This document shows, one piece after another, positions 38,424-50,100 of a DNA stretch of 64,000 bases (the stretch's first letter is position 1; every line of letters starts with the position of its first letter). The position numbers and the translations under genes were made by a program. Source of the DNA: Lytechinus pictus. Lineage: Eukaryota. Location of the stretch: the NCBI RefSeq assembly GCF_037042905.1, contig NC_087250.1, positions 992,001-1,056,000 of the forward strand. The letters are read 5' to 3'. The notes under the pieces are model-generated. The model saw only the letters and a program-made list of their open reading frames with translations. It was not told the origin of the DNA and did not search any database.

Positions 38424-41282
38424 CCGGATGTACGTCATACGTAAGCGGTTCAAGGGTCGACCCTATTGTATTTGCGTTGTATACATGTGGATCGAGGGAT
38501 CTACATGTTCATGAGATCGGTCTGGTAAGAAACCTTCATTTTTTAACATTTTATTGACCATTTTTTTAAACCTTCCTACGCATTAGGCGTAAGGTGTAGA
38601 ATTTAATAAAATCAACACAATTTACGTGATTTTTATATAAAAAATTTGTTTTGGTCAGTATATGTCAAATAATAAAAAATATCAGACATGTAGTCCTCAA
38701 GGCTAGCTTTGTACAATACCGTTTATTTTTATGTTTCTGTGAACCAAACAAAATGGCCGGCCGACGTATTTGATCTTTCTTTCCTTTTTTTTTGATGCAC
38801 CGATTTTGCAAAAATAATCTGCACCGGCGCTCGCGCTTGATGACATCGATCGAACACCGATATTAAAAATAAAATCAATTCGACTCAGGCTTAATGGAGA
38901 CTGTCTTTTTTAATTGAATGATTAAACTCTTGACATTATAACTTATGCCAACGGCGACGGGTTGGCCTCCGCAATTCTTGATCGCACACCACGCCTAATT
39001 CAACGGCAGCAAAGGCTCCCTCGCTCTCCGAGTCATGCTCACCCATAGGAACATTACCGCCGCCGTGCACAGGATAACCACTGGCACGGCACTTGCAATA
39101 CCTTTAGGGCTATTTTTTTTTAAATTAGCGATAGAGATTTTAAATCAGATAAGCTTTGGATATGAAACTTTCATTTCCTCTCTGTCTTTCTGGTAATTTA
39201 TATCGATGATTTTTCTTAAAGTCGAAGAAGGCATGGACCAGATTCGCCTGTTTTCTCTTTACGCATAGAGAGGGCGCTATATTATTTAATAAACTTGCTT
39301 GTTACGTCGGATCAGCTGTACAGCTGGTTGCGTTCTAGGCAAGCAAAAAAAAAAAGGAAAAAGTTATCAACCCAACTTTTAGGGCGGGACCACACAAATT
39401 TTAGGGGGGGTCCACCTGATTTTTTTTTTTTTTGGGGGGTGTGCAGGAAACAAAATTGATAAGCAAAAAAAAAAAAAAGTTATCAACCCAACTTTTAGGG
39501 CGGGACCACACTAATTTTAGGGGGGGTCCACCTGAATTTTTTTGGGGGGGTGGGCGCAGGAAACAAAATTGATAAGCAAAAAAAAAAAAAGTTATCAACC
39601 CAACTTTTAGGGCGGGACCACACTAATTTTAGGGGGGGGTCCACCTGAATTTTTTTTTGGGGGGTGGGCGCAGGAAACAAAATTGATAAGCAAAAAAAAA
39701 AAAAAGGGTTGTCAACCAAAATTTCAGGAGGGACCACCAACATTTTTTGACAAGCAAAAAAAGGTTATCAACAAAAAAATTAGGGGGGGGACATTCCCCA
39801 CCTCAAATTTAGGGGGACACAACCCCCCTTCCCCCCCCCCGCTTCCGCCGCCTATGTCTGCACCCCCGATAAACTAGCTTCATCATCCCACTTTTCCGAC
39901 TGAACTCGCAAGACATCTTGCTCGTTCAGTCCCCTTTCATCATATATTTATTTGTTTGTTAATTTATTGTATACATGCAAAGATTCTTTATTTATATGAA
40001 TTGTCACTGTAAACTTTTTTAAGGTAGAAAATAAAATATTAAAAAAAAAAAATGAGATGTAACCTGTTGATTTTTTTTGTACAATTTTCTATATTATGCG
40101 CCGACTACTTGAATCGGGACTGTTTAGAATGTTTGCCACACCTTAGTGAAAGATAATTTGTTGAAATATTAAAATTGGGATAGTTTTTAACTTTTCATTG
40201 TTTGAAATCAAAGTGCGTAGCTTTAGGTCCCCCCACCATACAACTAACCTTAAAGGAGAATGAAACCCAAAATGTAATACCACATATCATTGATAAGTAA
40301 ATGATAATCAAAATGAATCCACTTATACCCATATCCGATTTCCCAGAGTGGAGTACCACCTCTTCAAAGTTAGACTTCTTCAGGTTCGAAGTCTCTGAAT
40401 GGAGATCGCCATTGTTGCGAGGTTCGTTCAAAATTGTGACGTCAGCGACGTACAACTGCTCTCGGTACTAGCTTCCATGTGCAGCTAGTCACAGGCTGAA
40501 ACCAACCCAGAGTTCGCATAATATAGATACTTTTTTTACAAGAAATAAATATAATATACACATAAAAACACTTGAAAATATTATCAAAAAGCTATTCAAA
40601 TTATTCTATGGTTTAAAACACAAATTGATGAGTTTTGATGAAAATGTTTACACATTTATTTACTATTACCAAATTGGCAAATTTGACAAAGCTAAATTTG
40701 TACGTAGACAGTATATACAGCCGTCCCCGCCGCCCACTCATCACACGTATTGCAAGGTTAGTATTATAAGCCAGCACCGTGAACCGCGTTTGGCAGTGGA
40801 TTTCTATCTAGTGGGTCGCGCGTGCTAGGATCTTCCTTCTGGTGTCCACAACACACGACTTCTGTGGCTTGATTTTTCTGTGCGCGGCAGCATGTAATGA
40901 ACCCTTGAGTGCCGACCGCCGACCCACGAACCGAGTGATCGTGTTAACTGTTATGTTGGAAGTTTGGTTGTCTATCCCGTTTGAATATCGTTAAATTGTT
41001 AATTGTGCTATTTTTCAATATATCTAACGTTGTTTATTATTTGTTACCGTCGATTTTAAGTAAAACAAAACTTATCGGACGTTTGTATTGAAATACATAC
41101 TCTGGCCCATGTATTTTATGCTAGCAATCAAAGGCGAGTGCCGAGGTCGGACACCGAGTTGTACGTCGCTGACGTCACAACCCCCCACGGAGATATTATA
41201 CATGTGGAAGAAGATTAAACTTGGACGAAAGCTAGACCTGGAAACTTGGCTGCAGCTTTCTGCATTTTTCCAGTACATCCGG
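38424..41282. mobile_element. Candidate non-autonomous DNA transposon with 10-bp TIR and TAA duplication
   Basis: taa-CCGGATGTAC ... GTACATCCGG-taa; interior is CpG-richer than the flanks. The TIR is short, so the call is tentative. Confidence 0.4.
39340..39705 (+). repeat. ~117-bp tandem repeat (3 copies) with homopolymer runs
   Basis: aagcaaaaaa...gttatcaacccaacttttagggcgggaccacac...ggaaacaaaattgat repeated three times. Confidence 0.85.
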
Positions 41283-41963
41283 TAATAGGTAATAGGTAAT
41301 AGGAAATAGAACTTAGTTAGAAGGCCCGAGAGCCTACGACTTCGAGTCCCAATACTCGGCCGAAGAAATCGGTAAAATGCTCGCTACGAATAACATCAAT
41401 CCTCGTGAATTTGGAAGAATTGTTGTATTTCTCCACCTTAAGTGCAGCCACTCATTTTTTAAAGAGATTTCTGGCCTCTTCTGCGGATCAGGAATTTGGC
41501 AAAAGCTGCATTTTGTGCCCCTTTCTGACCACTCTGGCCCATGTATTTTATGCTAGCAATCAAAGGCGAGTGCCGAGGTCGGACACCGAGTTGTACGTCG
41601 CTGACGTCACAACCCCCCACGGAGATATAGGGAGTATGAGCAAAATGGCGATCTCCACGACCACGGGTAGGGTGTCTGGAGAAAAAAATTATTTTTCTTA
41701 TTTCAAGAAAATATAACATTTTCTTTGTTAATTTGAAGAGAAATGACCTTCAGACTGACAGAAATGTAACATTTTTGAAAAAAATCCAATTATTGGCTGC
41801 AAAAAAGAAGAATGAAATTAGGTAAATTTTCAGCATTTCTCTGCCATAGACTGTGTAGTTAAGAAATGGACACACACAAATCCAAATTTTTAGCTTCCGA
41901 GAGCTGTTATGAATTTATTATTAATGCCAAAAACTTGTCCATAAAGAGTCCAATAGGATTTTT

Positions 41964-42334
41964 TATGGGGAACTTGGTCGCCCGCGCGAAGTGCTACAAT
42001 ACGCGCGACCGTGCGTGCGACCATGCCCCCCAGAAACCCTCCATACGTACGCAGAATCAGGATCCCAAGATCAGACGCATTCTCACGTTCAGCTCTCGAT
42101 CAGTACAGTACTACAGTCTACTACGTATACGTCCCTCAAGTTCACACGAGTCATCAGGTTCTACGACAAGTCTACTTACAAGTTCTACGACAAGCTCTAT
42201 ATACTTACAAGTCATCGAAGTCTTCATCCTCTGTAAGATTAAGACGGACTGACCCAGGATTAAGGTGAGTATATGGTTCTCGGCAATCCAGCTTACTTTA
42301 TTTAGGTTAACATCCATATAGTTAGTTTACTATA
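41964..42334 (+). repeat. Gypsy 5' LTR (TAT...ATA termini; contains an AAG/GTGAGT donor at 42264/42265)
   Basis: Direct repeat of 53842-54212. Confidence 0.93.
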
Positions 42335-42337
42335 TAT

Positions 42338-42347
42338 TGGCGCTGCG
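42338..42347 (+). promoter_or_regulatory. Primer binding site, tentatively tRNA-Ser type
   Basis: TGGCGCTGCG 3 nt after the LTR; complementary to a tRNA ending ...CGCAGCGCCA. Only about 10 nt can be matched. Confidence 0.6.
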
Positions 42348-44921
42348 TATGAACACGACTCTGCGCTAGTTTTGTAAATGCAGTAAAACAAGCGGCGCAG
42401 AAAACCAAATTGGCTAGACATCGTTTTAAGTGCTTAAAAGTAGGGAAAAGTGTGCCGTAGGGCGGCAAAGTAAATCGCACTCTTTATAAATTGTTTAAAT
42501 TTTTGATTCAATCCGCCGTCCTACAGCGATATAGATCTGTATTATAGTTATCTTAAACAAATAATAGCAGTGTTTTAGGGCTTATTCTCAGCGTTTTTGC
42601 GTAGGTTTTAAACCCTTACACTATCCCCTTAACCCGGTTTAAATTTTGGGTGTGGCAGGACGCCACGTAGGGCACGCCATTTATGCAAATAGCGTTAAAC
42701 GTTTTCTATTGTTCGCCGCTCCCCGCATTCTATTGTGTGTTAGGGCTGAATGTATGCCTTGCCTGAGAGTTGCTTGGGGTGTGGTTCTGGCGATGATTTT
42801 GTATGTACCCCCTTTCCCTGTTAGGATTTAATTAAATTAGGATTTGAATTTTGATGTAGGATAATTAAATTTAGGAATTGTACGTAACTGAGATATATAT
42901 TTATTGTTGAATTTGGCTGTTGGTGATTTAATGATTGCGTGATTGGTGAAAGATCGTATTGCTTAACCTGACTTTCCCCCCTTTAGCTGTAGCAGACGAC
43001 GAGGAATCTACGTACGTTGAGTAGTTGAGTTATGATGATTCTGTATATGCCGTTCTTGATTCGTGAGGTCGTGTATTGATATTACGAGTGAAAACGAATT
43101 TTGACCATTTCTTATACAGATTTTCCCGTCTTGCAGTAATCATTTTTTGGCGCCAGTTAGGTTGCCGTTTTACGGATTTATTCGGCGCCGTTTAGATTGC
43201 CGTTTTGCATATAGGGAGGATTTTACTATTGCCGTTTTATAGGTGCGTGAAGTCTGAATTATACCGTGACTTTTTTGTATGGAATTATCCTAGTGTTATC
43301 TGGCTAAAACGGAGTTACCCTCATACGACTTTAGTACGTCGGGTTTCTCTTGTGGACTTTATTTAATGATCAATTTGATTTCATCTCGGTATTAAGATAT
43401 CATCTCAAAAAAAAAAAAAATAAATAAATAAAAATAAAAATAATAAAATAAGGAGTGATTGATATATTTTATATGCCGTTGCAAGCCACCAATGCTTATA
43501 TTTAGAGTGGCATTAAGCTACAAATTTTAGTGGATGGTATTTATATTAATTAATTATTTAGTCAGTTGGTGAATACTTAGAGTATTTTTTGGAGCTTGAA
43601 CATAAGTCTGGGGACTCGACCAATTATATTATATTGGCCTAACTTGTCTTCGGATTTAGTGAATATACTCATTGATTCCCGTCACGTACATTGGTGACGC
43701 TCGTATTTTGGACAATTATTGTGCTAATTTTATTTTAGGACTGAAAGTTAACTTTTGACTTTGTATTTTTATAATACGGTCCGTCTCATTATAATCCGAC
43801 GCTACTTGCGTTAGTGTAGTTCCAAAAACTCTCTCGTACTTAATCTATTCAGACTTCCGTACACCCGTGGGGAATTTATTTAGAGAAAAAAACTTAATAG
43901 TTTATTGGAGTTAAAGATTATATATTTTGACCGTTATAACAATCTCTGGCCACCGGTAGTTTGTTGCAAAGTCGCACCTGCTGTCAATTAAAAGTACAAC
44001 GATATTATTAATAGGGCCTTTGTGGATTGTTTAAGCTGATCTAGAGTTAGGATTTTGCTTGATCGTTTGTACGTTTACATTTAGGAGTTCTTTGGAACAG
44101 AAATTTGACTTACTTAGTGAATACTTGAACTTCTTGTCATTTTGAGAAAAGAAATACTTATATAAATTTTGCTCTGAATAAAAAAGAAAATAAAATTTTC
44201 ATTCGGTTCTGAGATAGAAAGTTTTGAATCTGTAATTCGAGTTTATATAGGAAAGAATTATTCCAAACAAATTTGACTTTGAGATATAATATTTTAGAAC
44301 TTCCATCTAATTATAAGAGCATAGGGTGCTTGTAATTTATTTCGGTATTCTTAGTTCATATTAGTATTGGGTCAAGGATTGGACCATTTTATATCAGTAT
44401 TTGGTCATTTTCTTTGGTCATCGACAAGCAAGGTCATTTTTAGTTTTTAATTATCTGAAGGGTGTTTTCAGTATACAAAGCTTATAGATAAGGGATAAGC
44501 AAAGTATATATATATACGCCCGAAGATAATTTAAACTTTTGTGTCAGCAGTGGAGGCATTTTCCACTTAGTACACATATAGGTGCTGGGTGCACCTGGTT
44601 AGCTCAGCATCGGAGTAGAGGCTAGTGTTTTATTTTCGGTATATTTACACATTTGTACTTAAATAATATAGGCCTCATATTGGCCATATCAGAGCTTTAA
44701 ACCTTTGATAAATTTTAATAATTAGGTTTTCCAAACAAACTTAGTTTTTAGTTGTTGTTGTTTAGCTCTCTGGTAAGATTGATGATTGAAAGTGATCAAT
44801 CCTATTTGGTGGTGATCACTGATCAGTGATAATTCTGATTTTCGAAGGAGCTTTACTCAGTACTTAGGTGCTTGTTAGCGTAAGATAGAACTTTCAAAAT
44901 TTAGTCACCCTTCATCGAATC

Positions 44922-47081
44922 ATGTCCAAGATTCAAATTAATTGTTGTGAGCCAGAGGAGCTATTGAAGGTCCCAGGAATTGGTAGTACTTTGGCCGAGC
45001 GAATATTGGTCCTCCGAGAGGCTAATGATATTACGATGGAAACTTTCTTAGATATTCCGCACATACGTAATGCCTCTGAGATTGCAGGGTATTTTGATTT
45101 TGCCCCTTATGCTGTTTTAGAATCTGGCACAAATTCTACCGATTCTATTGAGGAAAGAGTGATAGTAGGCCCTGCTGCGGCAGGTGATGTAGCAGCACAG
45201 GTGGGCGATGAGCAGCCAATCCAATCCCCCTCTCCCTACCCTTTTGAATCCTATCCTCAAGATTCGTTGCCAGGACATCTTAAAATAGTAATGGGGAGAG
45301 AGAGTGGAGAGTCAGGGGCTGCCAGCTCACGCAGAGATAAGGTAGCTAGAGGCAATTCGCCCTCACGGAAGCATGTGGTTTTCTCTTCGCCGCGAAAACG
45401 CACACCCCCACCGAGGGAAGGTGAGGATGATGGGCTTTCTTCCCCTATGAAGTCACCCTCAAGTGACCAGGCCAGTCCTAGGTCATCTAGGGATCATGCT
45501 AACCCACCAAGGGGTAGCCACGGGTCACCTATATCTCGGTCACCCACATCTGGTCGCCACAACAGCCGCCGTGGATCACCACGTACAAACCGCCGGGATA
45601 GTCGATATGATTCTCCTTTTCGGGATTATGGTGGGCGCCGACAAGGGTCACCTAGAGGTCACAGGCGGGATCGATATGATCATAGTAGGGATCGTTATGA
45701 TCGGAGTAGAGATCGTTATGATCGCAGTAGGGATCGATATGACTACTATAGGAACAGGTATCGCTATTCCCCTCGCCGATATCGAAATGACCGTTATGAT
45801 TCTCCCCCACGATATTATAGGGGTAATCACAGTCCGTGTAGAGGTCGTGATGATTGGCATAGGTCAAACTCTAACCGTTCCCACTCGCCTGACCATGGCC
45901 CTCGTAGGTCATCATCCCCCCGTAGAACACAAGACCACAATAGGCGGGATGCAAGACAGTCAAATGAAGACGTAGCAGTTGATTTATCCTCGCGTGTTTT
46001 GCAATCACTATTTGCCATCAACCGTGCCCCTGAAACGCAGGCCCCCCAATCCCAAGAGCATGATTTCGAGTCCCACAACCCACCACCGGTACGAAGATCC
46101 TTAAGTACCAGTACAGGGGAAGGGGACAGACCCCGACTGGTTTCGGTGCCAAAGTCCATAACCTTTAACGGTACGGGCAGCTGGCAAGCCTTCATTGCGA
46201 AGTTTAAATTATTCGCCAGTGAGAATGGGTGGGACGCCAAACAATCGCGTAATTACTTATGTTGGACGTTAAATGGGGAGGCTAGCTCCTATCTAGCCAC
46301 GCTTCTTGAGCGAGAGCCCGATATGCCATATAACATTATGGTGAATAGGATGGAAAAGAGGTTCACACTTAAAGAAATGCCTGAGGTATCGCAAATGAAT
46401 TTCTCTTATGCAAGACAGACCCCTGACGAGAATGTCACCAAGTGGGCTGCTCGGTTGCTTACCTTAGCCTCTCAGGCTTTTCCTAATTTGCCCGAGGCAT
46501 ATGTGCAGCAGCAGGTAGTGATGCGTTTCTGCCAGGGCTCCGCAGATAAGGAAGCTGGGCAACATGCACTCAATTCCAGACCTAAGACCGTGGAAGAGGC
46601 TGTTGATCTTGTTAAATGGTATCAACACTCACACCGAGCTATTTATGGGAAACCGCGCAGGGAGGTTAAACATGTCTCCTTGTCTGAAAAGACCCCCCTT
46701 GAACCAACCGCAAGGCAGGTGAGTGCGCCCCCTACTTCCCCAGCGTATACCGTTTTAGAGCGAAGGGTTTCCGCTTTAGAAGGGAAGATGGACTCTGCAC
46801 TAAAGCAATTGGAAGCACTTGGGTCTTTGCCGGCTACTGTTCAAAGCCTAGCTGAGAGTGTAAAAAAGTTAGTAGTTTCTCCTCGTGGTAGAGGCAGAGC
46901 ATCTCCTGCCCGAGGGAATATGTCACCGGGTCGTATTGGTGCCTGCTTCCACTGTGGAAAGTCTGGACACTTCAAGAACGAGTGTCCAGAACGAGGCCCC
47001 CGACCGAGCGTTTCCTTTGTCTGTGAAGATTTGGGAAACGATTCGGGATCGGAGGAGGAGGTCCGACCCCGATCCCACTAA
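44922..47081 (+). CDS. Gypsy Gag with N-terminal HhH (ComEA-like) motif, RS/RD-rich region, capsid domain and CCHC knuckle
   Basis: IQINCCEPEELLKVPGIGSTLAERI; (RDRYDRS)n; FNGTGSWQAFIAKF; CFHCGKSGHFKNEC. Confidence 0.92.
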   Translation: MSKIQINCCEPEELLKVPGIGSTLAERILVLREANDITMETFLDIPHIRNASEIAGYFDFAPYAVLESGTNSTDSIEERVIVGPAAAGDVAAQVGDEQPIQSPSPYPFESYPQDSLPGHLKIVMGRESGESGAASSRRDKVARGNSPSRKHVVFSSPRKRTPPPREGEDDGLSSPMKSPSSDQASPRSSRDHANPPRGSHGSPISRSPTSGRHNSRRGSPRTNRRDSRYDSPFRDYGGRRQGSPRGHRRDRYDHSRDRYDRSRDRYDRSRDRYDYYRNRYRYSPRRYRNDRYDSPPRYYRGNHSPCRGRDDWHRSNSNRSHSPDHGPRRSSSPRRTQDHNRRDARQSNEDVAVDLSSRVLQSLFAINRAPETQAPQSQEHDFESHNPPPVRRSLSTSTGEGDRPRLVSVPKSITFNGTGSWQAFIAKFKLFASENGWDAKQSRNYLCWTLNGEASSYLATLLEREPDMPYNIMVNRMEKRFTLKEMPEVSQMNFSYARQTPDENVTKWAARLLTLASQAFPNLPEAYVQQQVVMRFCQGSADKEAGQHALNSRPKTVEEAVDLVKWYQHSHRAIYGKPRREVKHVSLSEKTPLEPTARQVSAPPTSPAYTVLERRVSALEGKMDSALKQLEALGSLPATVQSLAESVKKLVVSPRGRGRASPARGNMSPGRIGACFHCGKSGHFKNECPERGPRPSVSFVCEDLGNDSGSEEEVRPRSH

Positions 47082-47090
47082 AAGCGGACC
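47033..47090 (+). promoter_or_regulatory. -1 ribosomal frameshift signal (G GGA AAC + predicted H-type pseudoknot)
   Basis: Slippery heptamer 47033-47039 in the gag frame; stem 1 gggatcgg (47045-52) / ccgatccc (47069-76); stem 2 ggtccg (47060-65) / cggacc (47085-90). The -1 frame is open into pol. Confidence 0.85.
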
Positions 47091-47101
47091 CCAATTCTAA
47101 T

Positions 47102-50100
47102 TTGGATTCCGAAAATGCCAAAGTACTTTTACAGGATTCGCTCCCTCAAGAGGAGCAAGAAACAGATATATCCTTGGTAGTACTTGAGGCTAACAGGTCG
47201 TTGGATAGCGAAGACTCTCTTCCCAGAGGAAGTAAGGAACTGGGTGTTCCCTCTCCTGAATTGATTGTTAAAGAATCCGAACTGAGAGATGGCGGTCAGG
47301 ACGGTATTGGTATCACTGAAGGGTCAGGGAAAGTTCCGAGTGTCAAGGAACTCTCCTCTCCACCCCCCATCAGCCAGGTGATTGATACGCCTAGGCCTCC
47401 ATTGGAGCCCAGCCCCTGGTTGGTACCCCCCTGGCCACCCCCTGAAGAGAATCCGCAATTAGATAGCTGGATCCTGAAGGACCTCGAACAGGCCTCGGAC
47501 GTTGTAGTCTGCCGGATAAAGTCATCATCTACTTATAGCATAACTATATTGGTCGGTAACCAATCGATGCGTGCCGTAATCGATACTGCTGCAGAGGTGA
47601 CTATAATGTCTGACAAAATCTACCATGCACTACGCCCCGCTCCTCCAGTTATTAGGTCAGTCGTCCTAAATACAGCTGGAAGAAATATGAGTATGACTGG
47701 AATGATTGTAGGACCGGTTGATATGACTCTAGGTGGCCAGACGTTTAGTGAATGCGTCTATGTTGCCCCGATAGACGATGATATGCTGCTTGGAGCTGAT
47801 CTCCTCAAGAAGCACAGTGCATTCATCAATATACCGGATTCCTTGTTAATCTTTCAGGGCGAGTGCATTGCAATGACTTGTGGTGAAGACACTGATACCT
47901 CTCAGGTTTTCGTTTCAAATTCTGTGACCATCCCCCCAATGTCAGTCAAACGAGTACAATGCGAACTTGATTCTTCTTGCACGTTTGACCAATTTATGGT
48001 AGAGCCGGATGTTGCCCTTATAGGATTGGTTCCCCGCACATTGCATTCTGGGAGTAGCTCTATACAGTTATATGCTGTGAATGCTACTGATGTTTCCATC
48101 CATTGGGATAAAGGTCAACACCTCGGACAGGCTTCTCGCGTAGGTTCTAGAGAACCCCCCGACTTTGACAATCCTATTCCAAGTGTCAGCCAGGTTGACT
48201 TGACTGGGGATGCCAAAATCCCCACCCATTTGGAAGATCTTTGGAAACGATCTTCGGAACACTTAATTCCTGAACAGCAAGGAATATTAAAGGGCTTGTT
48301 GCTAGAATTTGAGGGTGTCTTTGCCCGGGATGAATTCGACTTGGGTAATTTCACAGCCATTACCCATTCAATCGACACAGGCGAAGCTACGCCCATCAAG
48401 CAAAAGATGAGGCGTACCCCCATGAACTTTGTTCAAGAGGAGCGAGCATGTCTTAACAAAATGCTGTCCGCCGGGGTGATCCAACCTTCGATGTCGGAAT
48501 GGGCGTCCGCCCCTGTCTTAATCCGAAAACGGGACGGTAGCGTCCGTTGGTGTATAGACTATCGTAAACTTAACAACGTTACGAAGAAAGATGTCTACCC
48601 GCTTCCTTGCATCGAAGAGTGTTTGGATACCCTAGCAGAGAATTCATGGTTCTCCAAACTAGATGCAAATTCTGCCTATTGGCAAGTCAATCTCAGGCCG
48701 GAAGACCGTGAAAAGACAGCATTTATCACCAAGTATGGTTTATACGAGTTTGTTCGCATGGGCTTCGGCTTATGTAATGCCCCAGCCACGTTCTCTCGAG
48801 CAATGAATCTCATCCTCAGGGGATTGAACTGGGATATCGCTTTAGCCTTCTTGGATGATGTTGTAGTGCTCGGCACCTCTTTCTCTGATCACGTCACTAA
48901 CATCAGACAGGTGTTGGAACGATTTAGGGACTTTAAGCTTAAGTTGAAGCCAAAGAAATGTTCCTTCTTCCAACGTCGGGTAGAGTTTCTTGGTAGAGAG
49001 GTTGATGGGAATGGTCTCCACCTTAAGGAAGAGCATGTTCAAGCCGTAGTGGACTGGCCCACCCCTAAGTCCACAAAGGAGGTGGAACGGCTCCTCGGAC
49101 TTGTAAATTATCACCGTGTCTTCCTTAAAGACTATGCCCAGGTTGTAGGGCCACTCTATGGCCTCACTGGGAACAATGACTTCCGCTGGGAGGACCAGCA
49201 TCAAGTGGCTTTTGAGGAAGTCAAGAGGCTCATGACCACCGCCCCTATCCTCGCACTACCCAACTCCACGGATCCGTTCATTCTGGATACCGATGCGTCT
49301 GGCACAGCTATTGGGGCTGTTTTAACCCAAGTCCAACAGGGGCAAGAGCGAACTATTGCATATGGCAGTTTTTCCCTGACCCCTGAACAACGACGCTATT
49401 GTGTAACCAGGCGTGAGCTGTTGGCAGTGGTACGGTTTACCCGCCAGTATAGGCATTACCTCCTCGGAAAGCCTTTTACAGTTCGCACGGACCATGGGAG
49501 TCTGACATGGTTAATGAACTTTAGGGAGCCTCAAGGGCAGCTTGCCCGGTGGCTCGAAGAACTGGGCCAATATGACATGGCAGTTGAACACCGCCCTGGC
49601 AAGAAACATCAGAATGCAGATGCATTGTCTCGTATACCCGACGGCGACTTTACATGTGAGAACTACCGTCTGGGTATTGACCCCAAGAGTTTGCCCTGTG
49701 GTGGTTGTGCATACTGCCTGAAGGCCCACACAAACTGGGCACACTTCACTGATGCTGTGGACAATGTGATCCAATTGGCACAAAGGAGTAAAGTTTCGGA
49801 AGTTACCCTTGACCCCGGAGAATCGGAGGACCTCTTTATCACTCACCTGGATATTGGTCCAATCGACGGTCCATTCTCTTTTAGGGTCAACGGGGTAACC
49901 CATGATGCCGGGTCTGGTATCGACCTCACCTCAATGGACTTTCTTCGGAAAGAACAAGAGGCTGATGGTCAACTGACCCCCTTGCGCAAATGGCTGCTCG
50001 ATAAAGAGGAACCAGACGAGGGAACTGTTCTTCTGTGGGACCCCGCTGGAAAGTTCCTATGGGTCAACCGAGAGCTGTTTGTGCTTAAGGATGGTGTCAT

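Noticed and set aside
44593-44620. tRNA-5'-half-like string (ggttagctcagcatcggagtagag) in the Gypsy leader
   Set aside because: Short, interrupted, with no anticodon or T arm; could be chance.
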